A stretch of DNA of 64,000 nt from contig CAYODY010000001.1 of assembly GCA_964402965.1 (NCBI GenBank), positions 5,724 through 69,723 of the forward strand, in the 5' to 3' direction. Made by a program: the position numbers and the translations under genes. This stretch comes from an uncultured Candidatus Saccharibacteria bacterium (lineage in GTDB: Bacteria; Patescibacteriota; Doudnabacteria; UBA920). Below, one piece after another: positions 28,459 to 38,000 of the stretch. Below the pieces are notes generated by a model, which worked only from the letters and a program-made list of their open reading frames with translations, made no database searches and was not told the origin of the DNA. The first letter of the stretch is position 1. The number at the start of each line of letters is the position of its first letter.

Positions 28459-30231
28459 ATGACAAAAACACTTTATTTAAATTTAGAAGATGATGTAGCC
28501 AAAATTGCTGCTAAGTTAAAGCGTGAAAAAGGTGCAGATGTAGTATTGGTAATTCCAAAGGGTAGTTACATTTTTTCAGACAGCATAAACATGCGACTAC
28601 TTAAAAAACAGGTAGACATGTTGGCAAAAAATGTTTCTATTTTAACTATGGATGAAAAAGGTCAGAACTTTGCTCAAGAAGCTGGCTTTGCTTTAAAACA
28701 TTTGCCAAAAACAAATCGTTCTCAAAGCTTTTCAGATATTCGTTTCCGTTCATCACCTGTACCAGAAACAATTGCCGTATCTGAAACTCCAAGTTATATA
28801 GCAGATGATTTCGTAGAACATGCAGTTCCTACAAAGCCTACTAATAGAACAAGATCTATTGAACCAGAAAAAATAGCTACACCGCGTCCTAAGAAGCCAG
28901 CAAGTAAAAAAGTTATTGAGTTTACTGGAAAGACAAAAGCGCCGCATATTAAAACAGGTTCAGGAAATTTTGCACAACAAACTTTTAAATCCCACACTCC
29001 TTTAAGTTCAATTTTTGAAGAAGAAAAAGTTGAAAGCAAAGACAATATTTTTCTACCTCCAAATTCAAAGTTAATGGATGCCCCGCGTCCTCGTCGTTCT
29101 TACAGAGGATTTGTTATTGGATTTGTCGCGACTGCATTAATAGTAGTATTACTACTCGTATTGGTAATTTTACCAAGCGCCAATATTACTGTATTTGCTA
29201 AATCACAAACAGTTGCGCGAGACATAGACGTAATTGCAGATACAAAAATTCAAACTCCAGACTCTCAGAAACTAACAGTTCCTGCGACAGCAGTTCAAGA
29301 AAGCCAAACAATTGCAGGTACTTTTCAAACAAATGGAAAAAAAGAACTGGGTAGTAAAGCTGAGGGGCGTGTGGCTTTGTACAATTTAACAGGTAGTCCA
29401 CTCGCTTTAAAAGCATCGACTACAACTTTAACCATTGGAAGTAAGTCATACACATTCAAATCTGATCAGATGAATGTTAAAGCTCTTACAAGTCCTTCGG
29501 CAGACACAAACGCAACTCTTGCAGACATCGTTGCGTCCGATGGGGGAGAAAGTTTTAATGTTCCTGCTGGAACAAGAATGGAAATAACTAACGTTGCATT
29601 TGGAAGCAAGCCCCAAAAACTTTACGCAAAAACTGTCACGCAAGTAATTGGTGGTAATTCACGTTTCGTTTCTTCTATCTCTAAAGATGATTTAACTAAC
29701 GCACAAAATTCATTAATCAAAAAAGTTGTAGATGGAATTAATGCAAATTTGGCAAGCGCGAATGTAAAACTTGTAGATGGAGCGTACGATATTGGAACAC
29801 CTACTTTCACAACAGATAAACCAGAAGGAACAGAAACACAAAGTTTTACTGCTCAGCTTCAAGTGACAATCACTGGGTTAGCTTTTGATGAAACTGCTTT
29901 GAAAAATATGGTTCGCAGTCGTTTGTTATTTTCTTTAGGGGCAGAGAAAACCCTGCAAGACTTAGAAAAAGATACTGTAATCTATCAGATTAAGAATTTA
30001 GACCCAACTAATGGTGTGATGCAACTCGCGTTACACTATGAATCTCAATCTAAACCAAATATTGAAGAGTCTATTTTGAAAAATAAATTGGCAGGGAAGT
30101 CCAAGCAGGAAGCTTCTGAGTTAATTCTTTCTAATCCAGATGTAGATCATGTGGAAATGGTAGTGCAACCTAGCTGGGCGACCTCTTTACCAAGATTCAC
30201 CGGTAAAATCCACTTAGAAGTCAAAGAATAG
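28459..30231 (+). CDS. hypothetical bitopic membrane protein
   Basis: 590 aa. It has a ~210-aa cytoplasmic N-terminal region with a basic, Pro-rich linker, one TM helix (GFVIGFVATALIVVLLLVLVILP) and a ~350-aa Thr/Ser-rich extracellular domain. No family recognised. Confidence 0.45.
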   Translation: MTKTLYLNLEDDVAKIAAKLKREKGADVVLVIPKGSYIFSDSINMRLLKKQVDMLAKNVSILTMDEKGQNFAQEAGFALKHLPKTNRSQSFSDIRFRSSPVPETIAVSETPSYIADDFVEHAVPTKPTNRTRSIEPEKIATPRPKKPASKKVIEFTGKTKAPHIKTGSGNFAQQTFKSHTPLSSIFEEEKVESKDNIFLPPNSKLMDAPRPRRSYRGFVIGFVATALIVVLLLVLVILPSANITVFAKSQTVARDIDVIADTKIQTPDSQKLTVPATAVQESQTIAGTFQTNGKKELGSKAEGRVALYNLTGSPLALKASTTTLTIGSKSYTFKSDQMNVKALTSPSADTNATLADIVASDGGESFNVPAGTRMEITNVAFGSKPQKLYAKTVTQVIGGNSRFVSSISKDDLTNAQNSLIKKVVDGINANLASANVKLVDGAYDIGTPTFTTDKPEGTETQSFTAQLQVTITGLAFDETALKNMVRSRLLFSLGAEKTLQDLEKDTVIYQIKNLDPTNGVMQLALHYESQSKPNIEESILKNKLAGKSKQEASELILSNPDVDHVEMVVQPSWATSLPRFTGKIHLEVKE

Positions 30232-30251
30232 TCGAAAACTGGTCTAAATAG

Positions 30252-30280
30252 TTGACAATATCTTCAAAACCCTTTAAAAT
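30252..30280 (+). promoter_or_regulatory. consensus sigma70 promoter of the infA-rpmJ-rpsM-rpsK-rpsD-rpoA-rplQ-rplM-rpsI operon
   Basis: TTGACA, a 17-nt spacer, then TAAAAT. Confidence 0.55.
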
Positions 30281-30328
30281 TAGTCCTGTAAGTCAAATAA
30301 GTTAATTTCCTAAGGAAAAACCAATAAT

Positions 30329-30556
30329 TTGGGCAACGAAGCAGAAAAACAGACAATTGAACTAGAAGGTAAAGTCATTGAAAGCTTACCAAACGCAGTT
30401 TTTCGTGTTCAATTAGATGCAGGTCAAATTATTCTTGGTCACCTAGCCGGAAAGATGAGAATTCACAGAATTCGCGTACTCCCAGGTGACAAAGTCCTTC
30501 TAGAAGTAACTCCATACGATTTATCCAAAGGACGTATTATTCGCAGACTACGCTAG
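30329..30556 (+). CDS. infA: translation initiation factor IF-1
   Basis: The S1-like fold sequence [60 protein letters not shown] aligns with IF-1 along its length. Apparent TTG start with AAGGA upstream. Confidence 0.85.
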   Translation: MGNEAEKQTIELEGKVIESLPNAVFRVQLDAGQIILGHLAGKMRIHRIRVLPGDKVLLEVTPYDLSKGRIIRRLR

Positions 30557-30682
30557 TAGTTCTAAAATACAACCTTTCGTTAATATATTTATCAATATTT
30601 AGCGGCCTCTAAAGCTGCGGAAGCAATTACTAAACCTGCTTCCTGAATTGTAGCCTTAAAGGCTTGCAAGGATTTCTAAAGA

Positions 30683-30796
30683 ATGAAAGTTCGAGCAAGT
30701 GTAAAACCTATGTGTAAGAAGTGCAAAATCGTAAAACGATTCGGTCGTGTTTACGTTATTTGCGAAACACCGAAACATAAGCAACGTCAAGGATAA
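30683..30796 (+). CDS. rpmJ: 50S ribosomal protein L36
   Basis: Not in the ORF track (37 aa). Translation is [37 protein letters not shown] with the canonical L36 C-x2-C ... C-x4-H zinc ribbon. It sits between infA and rpsM as in most bacteria. Confidence 0.85.
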   Translation: MKVRASVKPMCKKCKIVKRFGRVYVICETPKHKQRQG

Positions 30797-30834
30797 CCTT
30801 GCTGTTTTTTATTTTATTAATTAACTACTAAAGT

Positions 30835-31224
30835 ATGGCTCGTATCGCCGGAGTAAACATTCCAAACGAAAAAAGAATAGAAGCATCCCTCCAATATGTT
30901 TATGGAGTTGGATTAACGATCGCTAAGCGTGCTTTGAAAGAAACTGGTGTAAATCCAGATATCCGCACAAAGGATCTTTCAGAAGCAGATTTAAACAAAC
31001 TACGTGATTTTCTTGAACAACACGTGAAAACTGAAGGTAACCTTCGTCAAGAAGTTCTTCTAAACATCAAACGTTTAAAAGAAATCGGTTCTTACCGAGG
31101 TATGCGCCACAGTCGATCTCTTCCTGTTCGTGGTCAACGTACAAAGACCAACTCTCGTACCCGTCATGGCAACGTTCGTAGAACTGCTGGTAGCGGACGC
31201 AAGAAATCATCAGATAAGACCTAA
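30835..31224 (+). CDS. rpsM: 30S ribosomal protein S13
   Basis: [34 protein letters not shown]... is canonical S13. Confidence 0.9.
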   Translation: MARIAGVNIPNEKRIEASLQYVYGVGLTIAKRALKETGVNPDIRTKDLSEADLNKLRDFLEQHVKTEGNLRQEVLLNIKRLKEIGSYRGMRHSRSLPVRGQRTKTNSRTRHGNVRRTAGSGRKKSSDKT

Positions 31225-31235
31225 ACTATAGAACT

Positions 31236-31736
31236 ATGTTAAAAGACGAAGAAACAATTGAATCAACTGCTAGCGACTCAGGAGCAAGTGCAGCAGAAAT
31301 AGTTGCAGCGGAAGTTGCAGCAGCTTCTGCAGCATCAGCAAGTCCTTCAGCTAAGATTAAAGGAAGCAAGAAGAAGCGTTCAAAGATTAAAATTCCAAAA
31401 GGAAAAATCTTTATCAATTCTACTTACAATAACACTATCATTGCCGCAACAGATCCATTAGGAAATGTATTCGCATGGGGTAGTGCAGGATTAGCTGGAT
31501 TTAAAGGATCTAAGAAGTCTACTCCTTACGCTGGTGGAAAGACTATGGAAGATTTGCTTGCTCGTATTAAAGACCGCGGATTAACTGAAGTAGAAATTTT
31601 CATCAAAGGTATTGGTACCGGTAGAGAATCTGCTATTCGTGCTCTACAAGCATCCGGTTTGAACGTTTTGACTATTAAGGACCGCACTCCTAGCCCACAC
31701 GGTGGTGTTCGACCAAAGAAGGTGCGCCGCGTTTAG
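31236..31736 (+). CDS. rpsK: 30S ribosomal protein S11 with ~45-aa Ala/Ser-rich N-terminal extension
   Basis: The core is GKIFINSTYNNTIIAATDPLGNVFAWGSAGLAGFKGSKKSTPYA. It is preceded by the low-complexity tract ASAAEIVAAEVAAASAASASPSAKIKGSKKKRSKIKIPK. Confidence 0.9.
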   Translation: MLKDEETIESTASDSGASAAEIVAAEVAAASAASASPSAKIKGSKKKRSKIKIPKGKIFINSTYNNTIIAATDPLGNVFAWGSAGLAGFKGSKKSTPYAGGKTMEDLLARIKDRGLTEVEIFIKGIGTGRESAIRALQASGLNVLTIKDRTPSPHGGVRPKKVRRV

Positions 31737-31749
31737 GCAATAATATTAT

Positions 31750-32358
31750 ATGAGATATACAGGACCAAAAGTTAAAAAAGCTCGCCGTCTAGGCATGGCC
31801 TTTACGGAAAAAGATGCTCGAATTATGGCACGCCGTCCAACCCCTCCAGGGCAACACGGTGCAAGTCGTGCTCGCGTTTCAGAATACGGATTGCAGTTGC
31901 GTGAAAAGCAGAAGGCAAAAATCAACTACGGTGTAGCTGAAAAACAATTCTTACGCTATTTCGATAAAGCTTTGAATCGCCCAGGTGTTACCGGTGATTA
32001 CTTGCTAGAAATGCTAGAACTTCGCTTAGACAATGTAGTATTCCGTTTAGGATTTGCAGAAACTCGCGCTCAAGCTCGCCAATTAGTAAACCACGGTTTC
32101 TTTGAGGTTAATGGCAAGCGCGTAGACATCCCTTCTTACTCTACAAAACCAGGGGATACAATCGCAGTACGAGAAAACAAGAAGAAGAGCAAATACATGG
32201 AAGTTCGAAAAGAAAAGCTAAAATCAGTGAAGACCCAAGAATGGGTTGAACTGCAACCAGCAACTCTTTCCGGTAAAGTACTTTCTGTACCAACTCCAGA
32301 CCAAATCGGTAACGTAATTAACACTCAGTTAATCGTTGAACATTACAGCCGTATTTAA
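31750..32358 (+). CDS. rpsD: 30S ribosomal protein S4
   Basis: MRYTGPKVKKARRLG ... S4 domain (LDNVVFRLGFAETRAQARQLVNHG). Confidence 0.9.
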   Translation: MRYTGPKVKKARRLGMAFTEKDARIMARRPTPPGQHGASRARVSEYGLQLREKQKAKINYGVAEKQFLRYFDKALNRPGVTGDYLLEMLELRLDNVVFRLGFAETRAQARQLVNHGFFEVNGKRVDIPSYSTKPGDTIAVRENKKKSKYMEVRKEKLKSVKTQEWVELQPATLSGKVLSVPTPDQIGNVINTQLIVEHYSRI

Positions 32359-32464
32359 TCTATCAATTAATTAATTATTAAATAATTAACGCTTCTCGAG
32401 GATCGCAACCACAAGATTATTGGACGTTTGAGAAAAACGAGCCAGAAAGAAGCAAAAGGATCTT

Positions 32465-33433
32465 ATGGAACAAATTCCATTACCACATCAAGCCCGAACT
32501 GAACATTTGGGCGGCAACTCATACGAAGTAACCTTGGAACCATTGTACCCAGGTTATGGAGTAACAATTGGCAACGCGATGCGTCGTGTTTTGCTATCTT
32601 CAATGCCTGGTGCTGCAGTAACCGCGGTCAAAATTAAGTATGCTGACCACGAATTTTCTACTGTACCGCATGTAAAAGAAGATGTAATTCAAATTATTTT
32701 GAATTTAAAACAACTTCGTTTACGAAGCTTCTCTCGCGATGCAGTTCGCTTAACACTAAAAGCTAAAGGCGAAGGTGTTGTAACTGCAGGAATGATAGAA
32801 GAAACTGACCAAGTAGAAGTTACAAACAAAGATTTGTACATTTGTACTTTGGACAGCAAGAATGCAGACTTTGAGATGGAACTAATTGTTGAACAAGGTC
32901 GTGGTTATGTACCAGTTGAAGCTCGTGATTCTAGCTCAAAACTAGAAATTGGTATGCTTGCAATTGATGCAATCTACACACCTGTTCGTTCTGTATACTT
33001 TGATGTTTCAAACGTACGTGTTGGTGGAATGACTAACTTTGACAAACTTGTTCTAAAGATGGAAACAGATGGAACAATTACTGGTCAAGAAGCAACAGAT
33101 ATTGCATCTCACATTTTAGTTGATCACTTCTCAATGCTATTTAACAACGAAGGTGCTGCTCGTATTGAAATGATGGCTCCAAATCTTGTTGAAGAAGAAG
33201 CATCAGGAAGCGAAGCTTCTATGGATGAAACACCGGTTGAAGTTCCAGTAAATACAGGTACAAGCTTGGATGAATTAAATCTTTCTAATCGCGCTAAAAA
33301 CGCACTTTCTAAAGCTGGGATTTCTAGCGTAGAAGCTTTGCAAGGTCTAACAAACGATGAAATCACCAATACTGGTGGACTCGGTGAAAAGACTATTGCA
33401 GAAATATTAGAAGTATTAGGACGCAATCAGTAA
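32465..33433 (+). CDS. rpoA: DNA-directed RNA polymerase subunit alpha
   Basis: N-terminal-domain motifs (GYGVTIGNAMRRVLLSS) and C-terminal-domain motifs (ELNLSNRAKNALSKAGISSVEAL); 322 aa. Confidence 0.9.
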   Translation: MEQIPLPHQARTEHLGGNSYEVTLEPLYPGYGVTIGNAMRRVLLSSMPGAAVTAVKIKYADHEFSTVPHVKEDVIQIILNLKQLRLRSFSRDAVRLTLKAKGEGVVTAGMIEETDQVEVTNKDLYICTLDSKNADFEMELIVEQGRGYVPVEARDSSSKLEIGMLAIDAIYTPVRSVYFDVSNVRVGGMTNFDKLVLKMETDGTITGQEATDIASHILVDHFSMLFNNEGAARIEMMAPNLVEEEASGSEASMDETPVEVPVNTGTSLDELNLSNRAKNALSKAGISSVEALQGLTNDEITNTGGLGEKTIAEILEVLGRNQ

Positions 33434-33451
33434 TAATTTTTAACCACAGAT

Positions 33452-33796
33452 ATGAGACATTTAAACAAGAAAAAATTTGGAAAAGGACCTGACCATCGTC
33501 GCAAACTTTTGCGCACTTTGGCTAGTTCAGCAATTCTTTATGAAAGAATTGAAACTGGCTATGCCAATGCTCGTGCTGTTAAGCCTTACATTGAAAGACT
33601 TATCACTCGTGCAAAAGTAGATTCTCTAGCGAATCGACGTCATCTTCTATCTAAGTTAACCCGCAATGCTGCTTACAAAACTTTAGAAGTTTACGGTCCA
33701 AAGTATGCTTCTCGTAACGGTGGTTATATGCGTCTAATTAAATTAAACGATCCCAAAGCCGGCGCCTCAAAAGTCGTATTGGAATTTGTAGAATAA
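33452..33796 (+). CDS. rplQ: 50S ribosomal protein L17
   Basis: MRHLNKKKFGKGPDHRRKLLRTLASS... is canonical L17. Confidence 0.9.
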   Translation: MRHLNKKKFGKGPDHRRKLLRTLASSAILYERIETGYANARAVKPYIERLITRAKVDSLANRRHLLSKLTRNAAYKTLEVYGPKYASRNGGYMRLIKLNDPKAGASKVVLEFVE

Positions 33797-33801
33797 GATA
33801 T

Positions 33802-34260
33802 ATGGCAAAAGTAATTAAAGGACAAAAGAGTACATTACCTACAGCAGTCGCTCGTAAGTGGCATGAAATTGACGCTTCTAGTGATTCTATGGGCCGAGTA
33901 GCAACTAAAATTGCTAATCTTCTTCGTGGTAAACATAAGCGTGATTTCATTCCTCACATGGACATGGGTGATTTTGTGGTAGTTACAAACATCGATAAAA
34001 TGAAGTTCACTGGCCGTAAGATTGAACAAAAGAAATACTACCATCACTCAGGATACTTGGGTGGTTTGAAGACAAAGACATTGAAAGATGAAATTGTTCG
34101 TAGCCCAGAAACTGTCTTACGTAAAGCTGTATTTTCTATGATTGATGACATTAAGTTCCGCAAGACTTTACTATCTCGTTTGAAAATTGCTAAAAACAAT
34201 GAACACTCATACAAGATAGATAAGCCAAAGGCTAAGCCTGTGAACAAGGAAGCAAAATAA
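33802..34260 (+). CDS. rplM: 50S ribosomal protein L13
   Basis: WHEIDASSDSMGRVATKIANLLRGKHK matches the L13 N-terminus. Confidence 0.9.
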   Translation: MAKVIKGQKSTLPTAVARKWHEIDASSDSMGRVATKIANLLRGKHKRDFIPHMDMGDFVVVTNIDKMKFTGRKIEQKKYYHHSGYLGGLKTKTLKDEIVRSPETVLRKAVFSMIDDIKFRKTLLSRLKIAKNNEHSYKIDKPKAKPVNKEAK

Positions 34261-34262
34261 TT

Positions 34263-34841
34263 ATGGATAAAGAAACTACAACAAAGAAAGCGGCTGTGAA
34301 AAAGCCAACTACTGCTAAGACTGCTGCTGCAAAGAAACCGGCTGCAAAGAAGCCTGTTGCAGAAAAAGCTCCTGTAGCTGTGAAATCTCCAATTGCTGAA
34401 GCAGTGGTAGATACACAAGACGCTATTAAATACGAAAAGCCAACCTTAGCTAAGGGTCGCTACGTATTTGCAACTGGTCGTCGTAAGACTGCTGTGGCGA
34501 ATGTTCGTCTTTTTGCAGGAACAGATGATAGCATGGTAAACAAGAAGAAATTGGATGTATTCTTTAACCAAAAGTCTATGCAAGATACATCAGTTCGTCC
34601 TTTGGCTCTTACTGGATTGCTTGGAGATTTTTACTTCATGGCTAATGTCCGCGGTGGCGGAAGCAATGCACAATCCGAAGCTATTCGTCATGGTATTGCC
34701 CAAGCTTTGGCATCTATGAACGATGAAATGAAGCTTGTGATGAAGAAAAACGGCTTTATGACCCGCGATGACCGTAAGAAAGAACGTAAGAAACCAGGTT
34801 TGCGTCGTGCGCGTCGTGCTCCACAGTGGGCGAAGCGTTAA
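34263..34841 (+). CDS. rpsI: 30S ribosomal protein S9 with Lys/Ala-rich N-terminal extension
   Basis: The core is YVFATGRRKTAVANVRLFAG ... NVRGGGSNAQSEAIRHGIAQAL ... RRARRAPQWAKR. The N-terminal ~50 aa form a KKPAAKK-type repeat tract. Confidence 0.9.
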   Translation: MDKETTTKKAAVKKPTTAKTAAAKKPAAKKPVAEKAPVAVKSPIAEAVVDTQDAIKYEKPTLAKGRYVFATGRRKTAVANVRLFAGTDDSMVNKKKLDVFFNQKSMQDTSVRPLALTGLLGDFYFMANVRGGGSNAQSEAIRHGIAQALASMNDEMKLVMKKNGFMTRDDRKKERKKPGLRRARRAPQWAKR

Positions 34842-34867
34842 TCCTCAACGATTACTATATACAAACA

Positions 34868-34896
34868 AAACTCCCTCGATTGAGGGAGTTTTTAGT
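34868..34896 (+). terminator. rho-independent terminator ending the ribosomal operon
   Basis: CTCCCTC-gatt-GAGGGAG hairpin followed by T-rich TTTTTAGTTT. Confidence 0.7.
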
Positions 34897-35052
34897 TTAA
34901 GAGGTGATTTATTTGTCCAAATCCAGTCTCAAACTTTCCTCTTAGTTCATGGTAATTAAAAACTTGATTTTTTATTTAATTAGGACTATACTATGGTTAC
35001 TAAATTTATTAAATAATCGCTTATTTAAGGTAAGTGTTTCTAATCAAATAAT

Positions 35053-38000
35053 ATGAAATATATGAACAATTACGAATCTAGTCCGCGTTCAGTTTCAAGT
35101 TATGGCACTCAAGCAAAGCCGTCTTTTCGAGACTTGGCGCTTAAGAGTGCTGTTTTTGTAACTGCATTTTCGATGGTCTTTTCAGTTTTCATGCCAATAG
35201 CAAAAACTGCACAAGCCAACCATGATCCATTCAATGGTCAGGTATTTGTTAAAGAAAATAAAAACCATAAGGTAGATATTTGTCACGCTCCAGAAGGTCA
35301 AGGTGGAGCAAAATATAATCAGCAAAATGTGAGTATTGATTCAATTGTAAAAAACAATGGACATGACTCTCATTCTTCAGATGTAATCCCACCATTTCAC
35401 TACAAAGAAAAAAATAACTCTCAAAATGTAATTTCTTATAGTGGCAAAAATTGGAATTCATTAAACGAAGCTATTTGGAATGCAGATTGTAAAGTAGCAA
35501 AGTTAACTCTACTTAAAAAAGTTCAGGGTGGAGACGCTCTAGCTACTAGCTGGACTCTAAACGCTGATGGACCAGTAGATTTATCTGGTGCAACAGGCAC
35601 AAGCGCTGTTTCAAATAAAACAGTTCCTGCTGCTCAATACACTCTTTCAGAAACTGGCCCATCTGGATACTCAGCATCAAATTGGGAATGTGTTAACAAA
35701 TCTACTCAACCGGTTGCTGTAACTGGAGGAAATATTGTTACTTTAACAGATAGTTCCGAAGTAACATGTACAATTACTAATACTTTTATTGATGTGGAAA
35801 TCGATCCATGTCTTTTAGATAACATTGTAAATGAAGATTGTAACCCAGATCCATGTGATGAGTTAACTAAGAATTTGCTCACAAATCAGGTAATGGATTG
35901 TAATCCATGTGATTTAGAATCTGCAGTAAATAACCCAGATTGTAACCCAGATCCTTGTGATCCTAATATCGTCGCATCAAAGCATGATTCAGAATCAAAT
36001 AATGAAAATGATAATTGTCCAAAGCCAAAAAAGCGCTATTTAGTTATTAAAAAAGTTTGGCAAGGTTTTGAAGGTGAAGCAGGTCCTTCTAATAAAGGTG
36101 AAATTCAGGTTAATGTAAACTCAGACCTAGATGAAGAAGAATGTGATTACGACAAAAAAGGGGAGTTTTCTTGTAAAATCCGTTTCACCGAAGGCACAAC
36201 TGTTTCTATTGATGAAGAAAATATTCCAGCTGGATGGACAGTAGATCAGTCAACAGTAGGCGACATAGTTCCAAATTGTGATGAAGATTCCGAAGATGAT
36301 AATGTTGGGCCTTTCAAACTATTTGGCAAAAAAGACGACAAGGGTGATGAAGATGATAAAGATGATAAAGATGATAAGGATTGTACACATACAATCGTAA
36401 ATGTTTACAAACCAGCGGAACCTTGTGGAACAGAATTAGTAGCGAACGGAAATTTTGAACTTCCAGAAGTTAAGGATGGTGCTAATTGGGAAGTTTTCCC
36501 ATCAGGTACTCCAGGAATGGGTTGGTCTGTTAATTGGGTTCGCGAAAGCAAAGACTCTCCAGTTCCAGCTAATATGGAATTGCATGAAGGCGTAAATGGA
36601 TGGCTAGCACATAGCAGTAACCAATACGCTGAATTGGATTCAGACTGGGGAGGTCCTTCTAGTAATCAAAATGGCGAAGATGCATCTGTTGTTATGTACC
36701 AAGATTTAATTACTGTACCAGGCGGAACATACACAGTTAGCTTATGGACATCTCCACGTCCAGGCCAAGGCAATGCTCAAAACAAGACTGAAGTCAAAAT
36801 GGGTTCTACATTGCTAGATACTATTATTGAAGATGGGTCTTCAAACAGCAATACTGTTTGGACTAAGCACACTTACAGTTTTGTAGCAGAAGAATCAATG
36901 ACCCGTTTAAGCATTACAGACTTAGGTGTTGGTAATACTCTAGGTGGTTTTGTAGATGATGTTTCTGTAAAACAAGATTGTCTTTCAAACGTTACAATCT
37001 GTAAATATGATAATACTGAAACTCCACTATCTAACTGGAATGTATTATTAAAGGGCGATTTGTTAGAAACAGTTACTGTAAATTCTAATAGTTCAACTGG
37101 GGCTAACTCTGTAAACGCACTGGAATCAGGCCAAGATTATTTGGTTGAAGTTTCAGGGACATGGCAAAATCGTACATTCGAAACTGTAGATGCAAGTTAC
37201 ACAACTCCAGACAGCTGGTCCACAGTACTTCCTGCCCCTCAAGGTGGTTACCCGGATGACTTGTTGGAAACTCAAATAAATGGAAATTTTGTAAATTGGG
37301 GTCCTTACTCAAGCGGTCATAAATATCAGCTAACAATGGCTGGTAATGGAAGTACAGCAAATTTCAGAGTATTCGATGGTGATGCAAATACTAATACTCA
37401 ATTCCCAGATTGGTTCGGAGATAATATTGGATCTTTAACAGTTAAGATTTACCCTGTATACCAAGGAATCACTGGTGTTAGTGGTTGTGTAACTTTAGAA
37501 AATGTTCCGTACAACAGCTATAAGCTTGATGAAATAATGCAAGCAGGTTGGGAAAACCAATCCGGTCAAAACACAACTTCTGTTGTAGATTCATCTACTG
37601 AAACATTTAATCTAGTAAACAAATGTACTGGTGAAGAATGTCGTCAAACAAAACCACAACTACACTTAATTAAAGTAGTGTGTGATGATTTCTCTGACAT
37701 TCAAGGAAACTATAGTGCAGATGAATATGATGATACTAATGGTAACTATGTTCACTTCAACAATTACCCAGAATTTAATAACGTTGTAAAACCTGTTAAC
37801 CCAGAAGAAATCCCAAGTTCCGAATCTGGTTGTGAAACAAGATCTGGTTGGAGCTTTACTCTTTCTTCTGATCAAAACCAAGATCAGGATGTACAAACAG
37901 TGACTACTGGTGAATCAGGAGAATATGTTGGCGATCTACCAGAAAGCGGAGTTCTATGGGTTAGCGAAGTAATGCAAAAAGGTTACGACTTTGGTGCCAT

